DNA of 60,076 nucleotides, counting the filler, from Sphacelaria rigidula (Eukaryota): NCBI GenBank assembly GCA_964200075.2. It is 5 parts of 5 records of this genome, joined end to end, with 100 filler letters (N's around TTAATTAATTAA, not from the genome) between each part and the next. Parts side by side here need not be neighbours in the genome. Positions count along the whole stretch, not along the records: positions 48,143 to 60,076 come from CAXNAA020004319.1; 4 more parts are not named here. One strand, 5' to 3'. Positions 50,548 through 60,076 of this stretch are shown piece after piece. The notes under the pieces were generated by a model. That model saw nothing but the letters and a program-made list of their open reading frames with translations, made no database searches and had not been told where the DNA came from. Made by a program: the position numbers and the translations under genes. Every line of letters begins with the position of its first letter. Position 1 is the first letter of the stretch.

Positions 50548-53130
50548 GTCGTCCCATCTATCCTGGGCGCCGGTCTACAGCTTTCGGTATATGTGGGCGC
50601 ACCAGTCGGGGTCACACAGGAGGAAAGCCAACACAGGAGTTTGTTTCTTCTTTTTTGCTTGTTTTTTCCTTTTTTGTTTGTTTTAGTTTTCCACCTTCCT
50701 TTTGCGGTGCTAGCCTTTATTTTTTATCGGGAGAGGGGTGCAGCAGTCCCTTTCTCTCGTCGACCCTTCAGTCGAATTTGGTGTACCCACGACATGGTCG
50801 CTCTTCACTGTTGGGCACTGTGTGAGAAATAATCCCAAAATTGCTCCGAAATTAAAACCAACGACCCAACCGTCAGAAGGTTTCAAGATTACTAACTGAG
50901 CCACCGGGGCGACCGGCTTTACCGGCATTCAATTTTCTTCTCTCTTTCGAGCAATCAGGCCTCAAAAATCGTGGATTTGGTGATTCAAACCGGCGATGAC
51001 TCGTCCGACCCTTCCTTCCCTTTGTTCATGGGTATAACTGACGATCAGATTACACCAAACCTTTCGAGAGCGTCACCTCTTTCTGTCGCCAGCTCTGAAA
51101 TTGGACCCTGTAACCCCCGATTAGGTCATCTAGGTTTTGCATTCATTTTTCAAGTCAAAATCATGTCAACGCACAACAGATTACTCACCCTGAAGGTGTT
51201 TGTATATAGATGGGCAAAGCCGAACAACGAAGCACAGTGCAGTACAATACAGTAAGATGCAGAACAGGACAGGGCAGTACAGCGTCGTCTCCTCTCTCCC
51301 CCGCTGCGTTCCTTCCCATTGTTCCCATTATCTGAGGCTATCACACTGGACATATATATACAAGAGTACAAGAAACCTTTGGAGTGTGGACCTCGTGCTG
51401 CCCCCATCTCTAAAACTGAACCCTTGGATCTCCACCGTGAGTCATCTAGGTCCATCATTCATATTCCCAGTCAAATCATGTCAATGCAATATATATATAC
51501 ATCAACACAACACCGAAGCTTCGTCGCAGCGCGAGGATGATGCACAGACGGCAGGCTGCATGTTGCGGTAAAGATAGACTGCATAACTAAGAAACAAAAT
51601 AGCGCAAGACAGTCACCATGATATCGCCTGTTCGAGTACACGCCTCGCTCTCTAACCTGGTTCCTCGCTAGAGCGGCTGGGTATACAAGCAGCAACGCTC
51701 CTCTGTCCATAGTTTCTCGGAGTGCATTATACCTCGGTACACTTGTAGTCACAGAGAGAAAGTTACCCCGATTCAGATCTCTCGACCCATTTTGCCCCGC
51801 CCCCGTCCCGTCTGCGTTGTCTCGTTTCATTTGTTCTTGTTGAGGACGGCATGACTTGTTCAGAGAGTCGATCGATAGGCCGGCTAAATCACACATGTTC
51901 TCGTCGGCCACGAGTGCGATTCGAGCGCAGTTTTTTTACGTTGTGTGCATCAAATCATCACGCATGTCTCGACAAACTCGATTTCTCGGGACGTCCCGCG
52001 CTCGGCACACCAGACGGTTACAAGTTTTTTCTTTTTTGCAGGGTTTCAGGGAACGCTCCAATAGAACTGAAAAAAGGAACTTGTCCAGACATGCATGTCA
52101 GGGGCGTCGAGGAGTATGTGGCGTCTGGACAGGGAAGGGGACGCGTGACCGCGTGATTTGCTCATGCTAAGAATGTAGTTTTGAACCACGTGTATCCACA
52201 TGGGAAAAGGAAACGAGGGTAAGGTGTCCGCGGTCGGAAAAATGTCGTCGAACAGCCCGGACACATGTACCACGCCGGGTTTTCGCCTGACCAGGTTCGC
52301 AGTCAATCACGAAGCGCGAAGGGCCGTGATGTGTTCGGCGAGTCGCATGAAGGGTGAGCTGCATATTACTAGGACTGTTCAGCCCGAAGGATACCATTTT
52401 ATCTTCCATTTGGATGACAGCCTCCAAAGAGCTGCTTCATTTTCCGGTATCGCGACTTCCAGGGACAGCCACGGCTTACACACACTGCCTCACGGTGTTT
52501 CAACATCTACACACCACGTAGGATGATCATCCCCTTTGCGCAGAATTGAGGTTCTCCCACCCCGCACGACATGATCTAGCACGACCATCATCATGTTTAC
52601 CGTAAAAAAAAACGCAAGCGCGCGCAAAAAAAAAAACGGTTACCTTGTTGCCTAGCTTACGCAGTGAGTGGCGTGTATTACAGCGTCATCTCCAATCGAC
52701 GCCAACCCCACGCGAGGGGGACGGGGGAGACGGAAGGGGGACGAGGGGACAGAGGGAGACACAAAACATGAACTCCCACCTTCACTCTTACCAAGAAAAA
52801 AAATATGTCACCTGGAGTTTAAAAGTGATGCAGTAGTCCAGTCTGACGTCCTTCCTCCACGCCAGCGCCAAGCGGGCCATCACCACCGCACCACCTGCCA
52901 ACCGGCCGCTGCCACCGCCACCGCCACCGCCGGTTCCACTCCTACCGCCGCTCCCGCAACTGCTGTTGCTATCTCGACGACTGCCGCCCGGGCCGATGCC
53001 GCCTGTGGCGGCGCCGGTCGGTGCGGAGGATGACAAAGGGGTGCTTCTGCCGCTGCGCCCCCGCCCGAATGATCCCGACTCTCCATCAGGGCTGCCGACG
53101 CCGAAACCCTCCGGCGTTCCTGCGGAGCTG
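48284..53130 (-). CDS. Two exons of a large spliced gene, possibly SZT2-like (KICSTOR scaffold); partial
   Basis: Exons 53130-52812 and 48451-48284 have AG/GT ends and join in phase 0: ...VMARLALAWRKDVRLDYCITFKLQ|ALSGPGHQSLASPGSADVTVEVLSTIPFLLACRNRRAHYERTGADSLIEFIELLQK. As recalled, this resembles the SZT2 block KLVLLWKHNMRIEY...VEVTMEG; not searched. Confidence 0.5.
50005..50174. repeat. 170-nt loop-less palindrome, core of a larger foldback (49909-50361)
   Basis: Two 85-nt arms centred on CGG|CCG at 50089/50090, with about 11 mismatches and no net indel. Outer arms include CCCCCACAATCGTGTGTT / AACACACGATTGTGGGGG and CAGACGAAT / ATTCGTCTG. Confidence 0.93.
50501..50546. repeat. (GT)23 microsatellite, tail of the adjacent SINE
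   Basis: Perfect GT dinucleotide run. Confidence 0.95.
50501..50917 (-). mobile_element. tRNA-derived SINE with an (AC)n tail
   Basis: The minus strand starts GCCGGTCGCCCCGGTGGCTCAGTTAG (Pol III A box TGGCTCAGTTAG at 50903-50892). A degenerate B box GGTTTTAATTTC follows about 30 nt later, then a ~300-nt body and an (AC)n tail. Confidence 0.7.
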
Positions 53131-54085
53131 CTACGGGAATGTACGGGTATGGGTATAGATATGCAAGAGAATATATAGGCACATATTCCAAGGCGGATAG
53201 CGGCCAAGGCGGATAGAGCGGGGGAAAGGCAGCTTGGGGTTGGGCATGCACACCATTTCCGCCACCCCTTCCCTTCTTCTCTCCTTTCCTTCTTTTTCCT
53301 ATGCTTTTTTCATTGTTTTGCTTTCTTTCTTTTGCTTCCGTTTTTTTCCCTCCCCTTCTGTTTATTCTGTCTCTTGTTCTTGTTGAGTTAATTCCGTTCG
53401 TTCCGTTTTCTTTCATTATTATATATATTCCCCCTTTTCTCGAGTTTCCTCCAGCGACCGGTTCCGTTCTTTGTCCACCTTGGGAACGCCTGCTTGTATC
53501 ATGTGATCCCGGCTAGATCTCTTGAGGTTCCGTAAACGCGCGACAATCAACCAACCGATCAATCGACCATTTATATTCCGAAATAGAGCTGGGATCGGAA
53601 ACGTCGGCAGTGTGGTTGGCACTTGGCCGTAGACTTTCGAGCAGAAGAGCAATCCCCGGAATTTTCCCGGAAAGGCGTGAGGATGCATGCCCATTAGGCC
53701 CGGTATTAGAGGGTAGAAAAAAAAAAAATCAAACTCGTTAACCTGGAGACACTCGTGAACGATATTCCTTCACATATTCTTCTTGTCTGAGCAGAAACCT
53801 TTGGGGGGAAATCGGAATAGTTTCAGTTCTTTTTTGAGCGGTATTTTGAATCCTTGTACCGTGCCGGGCACATGTTGTTTTCGATTTTTACAAACTCTTT
53901 TTTTTGCGATTGTTTCTGCACATCGTTTGACAAATTATTGAAGAAAACTCTTGATAAACTGTCAGCAATTGTGATGAAAAAGTCAGGAGGAGAGCGGACA
54001 CGATGCCACATATTCAGGCAATTTTTAGGGATCCGTGAGTACTACAGAATGTCAGAGGCACGATCCCTCTATAGTGAAAAAAAAA

Positions 54086-57000
54086 CAGGGATATACACGT
54101 TACACGTGCCACAGCGGTACACGATACGTTGACGTCACGTTTTGGCCAAAACGTAACGTGATCGTTATATTTTTTTACGTGATAAACGTAACGTGAACGT
54201 AACGCCAAATTTTCAAATGAAACGTTAACGGAACGTTACATTTTTTGAACGTGACATACGGAGCGTAACGTGAACGTTAAATTGCCCCAACGTTCAAAAC
54301 ACGTAATATGAAACGTGTAACGTCTATTCTACGTGCATTAGACGTTACACGTCACATGAAACGTCATAATCACGTTACATGATACAGTGACACTTCAAGT
54401 TTGCGATGAATTTCTCAATCCTGGAAGATCGTGCTTCAGCGTCACGTACACGGTGACGTCACGCGTTACACGACACGTTACAACGCCGCAAACACTGGTG
54501 AAAAGCGTTTCGGGGGGGAAATAACATAACTCAAGGATGACCGAGAAACGACGGGATTGCTTACGCTTGAACCCCAGGTTTGTAATTATTTTCTTTCACC
54601 ACGTGGGTGTGGACCATGGCCAACTTTTTAAAGATTAGTCTCTTCTGTTTCGAATGCCACGTGGTCGGTGTCATGCGTCTGAAGAGGTGAAAATCGCGCC
54701 GTGCTATTCTGCGTTTGTACCGTGCGCCCACCCATGCGGTGTTACCCGTACATCGCGGGAGAGCATGTACAGAGTCGTGCTACGATAGGTTGGGTGTTTG
54801 ATTCAAGTAAAAAAATAATCATAGATATTTCGGACAACCTGACACACTCGCCGTGCGCTTGTATTTGGGTAAATCGGCGTCAAGCAGTATGAGGAAGCGT
54901 TTTTCATCGGTAACACGCGCGTTCGGACGATCGTTGCTTCTTACAATGATGATTCGAACTTGAATTTCGTGGAAGCAATGGCCCACAATACCCCCTCGTC
55001 CTATCGTAGAATGACTATGGTTGTTTATGCTGTCCCCGTAACGTTGGATACACGACAGCAGTATCGTCCACACAGCCTCCGGGTGCGAACCCGGCACAGT
55101 TATGCCCGTGAATGGGGTCCGATTTTGGGCACTATATACCGGGAAAATGGACCGACCAACCCCACAGTCAGTTGAATGCAGACGAAATGAAACCCAAATG
55201 AGCCAATCAGTGTCAATCACAAGTACACGTGTCACTCGAAATGACGACGGCGCTGACACAAAATGTAGTATTGCTTTAGTACATTCTACGACACATCTGT
55301 GACTGCCGTTGCTGTCCACCTGTCCACAGGGTTACAGCAACAGGAGAGAAAAAGCTGCAGCTCGTGTTGTTGTGCCCTTCTTGTTGCCGTATACTGTTGT
55401 GCTCATCTTTCAACGCAACTTTCTCGGCAACGACGCAGAGGACTGGACTGCGGTTTGATGCGTGCGCTTCCCACACACCAGGACTATTGAATTTGAAATG
55501 GTTTCCATACGCGTGCCGCGGAGGATGCAGCACTTTACAAACCGCTGCACCGAACACATAATGTAGTACAAAACGTGTTTCCTGCAACGTTCTGGGGCTT
55601 TTCGGATCCGCTGTGGCGATTTAGCTACTCCGCTTGTCAAACTCACCACGTCTTGTGTGTGTGCGGGGGGCTGTGAAGTTCCAGAGGCCGGTTCGTTTCC
55701 TGTCTCGAGATTGTAGCGATGAAAAATTTACAGTTGTCGCACACTAAACCTACGTAACTTGGGATGGAGCGTGTGTCATGTTTGGCACAGGTTTGGTACA
55801 GGCCCAACCAGTCTATAACGCCTTCAACACGTCTTCAATATCCGTCCGCATTCAATGTATTTTTTGTGGTCAACGGATTTTTGATCGGTAAGGCCTTTTA
55901 TTCACCCCATAACAGTCCACAGCGTGGGGCACACAGGCAGTGCACCTCGGCGCCCGCTAGTCACTCACAAGTCCTGCATATGGTGTGTGAAACAGCACTT
56001 GTACAAGTTGTGACAGCTGAGAGTTCTACCACTATCTGTAGACAGTTCTGTAGTGAGTGTTACGTACTGTACTGCCTGTAGTACAAGTGTGCACATGCTT
56101 GTGTGTGCGCGTGTGCATATTCTGACGAAGTACATTCTCGATGAAGGTTCACTGCGCAGTAATCCTAGCTGCGTGGAGGCGAACGGGGGACCAGAGACAC
56201 CTGTCGACCTCGCTAGAGATGATGCGGAAGGGCGGGAGTGGGCCACTCATGCAGCCGCAAGAGGAGTCCGACAACACCCAACGGTGTACCTGCTCGAGCT
56301 AACGCAAGCTTCACGTTGGGCGGCCATTGTGTCAAGTCCTCGTAGCGGCTGCTTGAGCAGCCGACGCCCGCTCTTTCGCGTCATTCGTGAACGGGCTGCT
56401 ATCACCAGCGTTGTCACAACATCTGCCATCGCCCCGTTTGCGATGATTGTCCTACGGCTGTGTTCTGTAACCTGGTCGTTATGGGTCAGGGTGTCTAGTT
56501 CCGTTTCCTAACCCTGAGTTCGGCACCAACGCTTTGGAATGATTACAGGCTGGGCAGCCCAAGACGCGGACAGGGATGTGAACACGCGATTTAGCAGCTC
56601 AATTTTGCGTCGTTTTCTATTAAATTTTGACACAATGTTCAGGACGTATGTACGAAGGCTCCATTTTTGGACCCCTACATTTTTTCTTGGAGTTGTTCAC
56701 GATGCTGTTTTAAACAAACTGTTCCGAAATATTTGGTCGCCGATAACTCACGCAGAAAAAAAAACAAAATGTACGGGGCAAATAGAGGCGTCTTTGCACA
56801 TACATCCTATACGTCGTGTCGAAATTTCATAGCAAACGACCTGAAACGAAGCTGCTGAATCCCGTGTTCGTGTTCAAGATTGGTTCCTATGTGCAGATAA
56901 ACCTGCCACGAAAAAATGAAACGCGGTTATTCTGTTCCATTTCAAGTATTTTTTCACGAAATTCCGACACGATGCGCATGAGGTATGTTGTGAAGTCCCT

Positions 57001-58000
57001 GTTGTCCCCCCTTGACATTATTTTTCAATGAGATGCCGATGCTGTTGTACCAGTAAAACTGTTCCGATATTTAGACCACCAATAGCTCACGAGGGGAAAA
57101 TAAAATACAAGAGGGGGAAACGGTAGGGGCCTAACATACACCAAATGTATATCGTGTCAAAATTTAATGGAAAACGACTTGAAATTGAGCAATGAAATCA
57201 CGTTTTTCTGTCGAGAACCGGTTCACTTGCTTTCAGAGAACAACAACCTCAGCGGGAACTTTGACGTCTTCTACAAACCCGACGCCTTGCTTGAGGCGTT
57301 GGGGTCTCGTTTGCGTGCCACCTCAGACCCTGCGCGGGTACAGTACGACATGAATTTCTGTACAACCACAACTGGTTCCGCCGCACATTCCACCCCCAAC
57401 TCTCTACACTTCGCAGCTGACTACAGTTTGGTATTTCGTTTGGTGGGAACTTGTCACATCGCAGTGCTACGTGAAGTGAAACACGCGCATTGATTTGCAG
57501 ATTACCACGATGTGTCATGGTGGGCACAGCTCGCGATAGATTGTCAGTTAGACCCGGCTGAAGGAAAGTCCGCTTCTTAGGCGGCCCAGCCTGTAGCAAC
57601 TAATGGTTTATTCGAAAACTTTCAAATTAATCCTGAGTTGCTGCGCAGGTTTCTTCTCAGGGTTCACTTTTCGGGGTTTAACTACGTGAATTCGTCATAC
57701 CCTGGCCTCACGTCCCAACTTCTAAATTCCAAGCTTTTCCAGCCGGTTTATTGTTTCCGAAACTCTCCAATGAAACGTTACATTCGAACGTTACACGTGT
57801 CAATGTAACGTTATACTAAACGTTATATGTTACATGAAACGCTTCATATTACGTTACATGTAACGAAACGTAACGTTATATTTTCAAATGAAACGTTAAG
57901 GTAACGTCAGACATTTTTCAAGTGGCATACGTAACGTAACGTGAACGTTAATTTTTTAACGTGATGAACGTAACGTGAGGGTGTAAAGTGTATATCCCTG
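54086..58000. mobile_element. hAT-like non-autonomous DNA transposon, or two oppositely oriented half-elements
   Basis: 19/20 TIR: CAGGGATATACACGTTACAC (54086-54105) and GTGTAAAGTGTATATCCCTG (57981-58000). Dense ACGT-motif subterminal arrays at 54095-54485 and 57770-57980. A-run flanks (AAAAAAAA / AAAAAATG). No transposase found. Confidence 0.65.
56597..57190. repeat. AT-rich repeat cluster: one inverted and two direct diverged units
   Basis: 56700-56852 and 57038-57190 are direct (GATGCTGTT...AAACTGTTCCGA...CGTGTC.AAATTT.AT...AAACGAC.TGAAA). 56597-56636 is the reverse complement of their 3' part. Confidence 0.7.
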
Positions 58001-60076
58001 AAAAAATGAGTGCATCCAAAAGAAAAGGTCACAAACACACACACAAAACCACTTCTCTTGTCAAGCATGCCGGAGGTGGTGAAATATGCTCGGAAAGCCC
58101 TTCCATTCCGCCGCCGAAACATTGCTTCGGCATGACAGCGCATATACCAGTCTGCGTCTTCTGACAGTGCGCTACCCCCCACCCCACCTCCCTTCTTCCC
58201 TATCTCATCCCCCGTGCAAGCCAACGGTAGAGGTCATCCAGTGCATAAATGCATAAAACGTGGCTCACATATCCTCATAGTTGATTCCAGGCGATTCCCC
58301 AGAACCGTGACCTATCGCCACTGGGAGAGAAGGTGGGCCCCTGCTGCCACCTGGGGAGTCACGCGCGGCCCAACAGCACGAGCAGCGGTTAAGCACTACG
58401 GGTGAGCACACAGCAAGACAGAGGCAAGCTCACACAGGCAAGTATACATTCATGTACAGATGTGAAGACACGCACGCACACGGAGCCGGCCACGACAGGG
58501 TAATAATGCCCGGCCCATGGAGAATGACAGAGCTAACCTCCGGGTATCCTTCTCTCGGTCGGTCATTCATACGGTGGAAGATCCTAGCGTCGAACCTCGA
58601 AAAGAGAAGGGCGATGCGTGCACTGCGTCAAGGTGACAGGGGGTCTTGGTGAGTCGGACCCCCATACAACCTTGAGCAAAGCTTGCGAACGCTCGAGGCC
58701 CCTGCCCCACATGATTGCCGTGAGGCAGTCAGTCTAGCCGACACTCCGGGTGCTTGGCGCATAAACCCGCTTGCGGGGAAAAGTGTTGGGTCAGGTTGCC
58801 TCCCTCTTTCAAGAAAGAAGAAGAAGAACAAACTATGGAAGATGTTCCGGTGGTTACCGGTGTAGTATGACAGCGGCCCATGGTGGGAAAGGGATCTTCG
58901 CGCAGTAGGTCGTGGGTTCCATGTCACTGACCGCTGTCATTTCAAGTTCAACCTTTTGGAGCACCAGACCTCTTTTCAGAACACAACCGAGAGAGAGATT
59001 GGTTAATCGCTCGAGACCATGGGCTCATCCCGAGGAAAGGGGGTGTTGACAAAAAGTGTGACGCGAAAAAAAAAAAAACGGTTGATCTTCAACTCCGACG
59101 CTCAAGCTGAGGAGCTCTTTTCTGGTTTGCGAGCACCACTCTCGATGATGATCCAGGAAACTCTGGTCATGGTTCATTACCTGTGTATGTCGAGTTCAAC
59201 GAACTGAACAACAGCAAAAATCAAGAAACAAAAAAATCAACAGCCACGATCTTTTTTTTTCGCAAAAGTGATGCACGAACGCGCGTGATACCTCTTCAAT
59301 CTCGGAACATTAAGTTTTCGTGAACAAACCGACGTATAAGCGGCTTGAACCCGATGCATGTTATCGTTTCCTCCTCGAGTAGCAACGCTTTCAGCGCAGT
59401 TCCGGCCAGGGTATCATGTTGTTCATGTCGCCATTCCGCACGCACCATGTGTTCGCTTCTATGTGTGCCACACATCGCTCGTGGATCTCGAGACAACTCG
59501 ACGGTGGCCCTGCTCACGCTTCCCTTGTAGAACAAAGTAACACCGTAGTTCATCTTCACATCAACACAAATACTGCTTCCACGATCTTTCTGTTCTAGCT
59601 GTGCGTATGGGCGCGCGTATTTCTTGCGCACGGCGCTTCTTCCACCTGAAGCCATGCTACAGAAGTCGGCTATTTCTACTTCTCATTTCGTTACTTATTC
59701 CTCTATTCATGTTCTCTATCGTGACCTTCTAAAGATCTCCTCCTTCCCTTTTTCATGCTTCGTTTAGTTTTTTGTTATTTTTCTTCCATTTTAAACTGTT
59801 TGATCTTCAGCGCACTCCGTTTTTTCTTCACATCCCCTTGTCTTCTTCCACTCTTCTTTTCTTCTTTTTGGCGAGCGTTTCCGTCGGGGTTTACCTAGGG
59901 TACGTACGAGCTGGTCCAGCCTAAGAACGGATTCAAGCTCCGAAAGCAATATCTCATCAACACAGACGAGTTGGGCCGTGATCCGCATATCGTATTGACC
60001 CTTCTGGGACTGGGCCTACAGAACGACCAACGAGGCTGGTTAGGAATGACGTGTCCTGCAGATGCATGAAACAGTG

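Noticed and set aside
50840..50917. tRNA gene
   Set aside because: The B box and T arm are degenerate and no acceptor stem is evident; it continues into a SINE-like body and tail.
52393..52472. Extra exon PWLSLEVAIPENEAALWRLSSKWKIKW in the SZT2-like gene
   Set aside because: It ends in phase 2 with no convincing partner, and it would interrupt the in-phase 52812>48451 join.
54095..54485. ACGT cluster as a bZIP/G-box promoter array or CRISPR
   Set aside because: Spacing is irregular, and a matching array abuts the opposite TIR, so transposon subterminal repeats explain it better.

Overview
Eukaryotic, intron-rich, repeat-rich DNA of about 50% GC. It is most likely a stramenopile and probably a brown alga; this is inferred from gene style and repeat families. 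The window is not one locus. It is five contigs of near-identical length (11937, 11935, 11935, 11935, 11934 bp) joined by artificial 100-nt spacers (N44-TTAATTAATTAA-N44), so adjacency across a spacer means nothing. Contig 1 (1-11937) carries a spliced minus-strand EF-hand + WD40 gene (11 exons reconstructed by hand, needing two GC donors and four AAG acceptors) and a decayed gag-like fragment. Contig 2 (12038-23972) is a nearly full-length but frameshifted Ty3/Gypsy LTR retrotransposon with a very long gag/ORF1, PR-RT-RH-IN, and a chromo-like plus Tudor-like integrase tail. Contig 3 (24073-36007) holds a diverged gag-only relative of that element and a dense patch of MITEs and foldbacks. Contig 4 (36108-48042) encodes a roughly 2,650-aa WW/IQ protein with a 4.8-kb exon and a ~149-aa internal tandem repeat. 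Contig 5 (48143-60076) has two exons of a possible SZT2-like gene whose intron holds a 170-nt loop-less hairpin and a tRNA-derived SINE, followed by a CAGGGAT-terminated hAT-like interval. No CRISPR array, rRNA or intact tRNA was seen. I cannot claim a new system. The best leads are the apparent long dual-coding gag/pol overlap, the integrase reader-domain tail, the intronic hairpin and the non-canonical splice sites.
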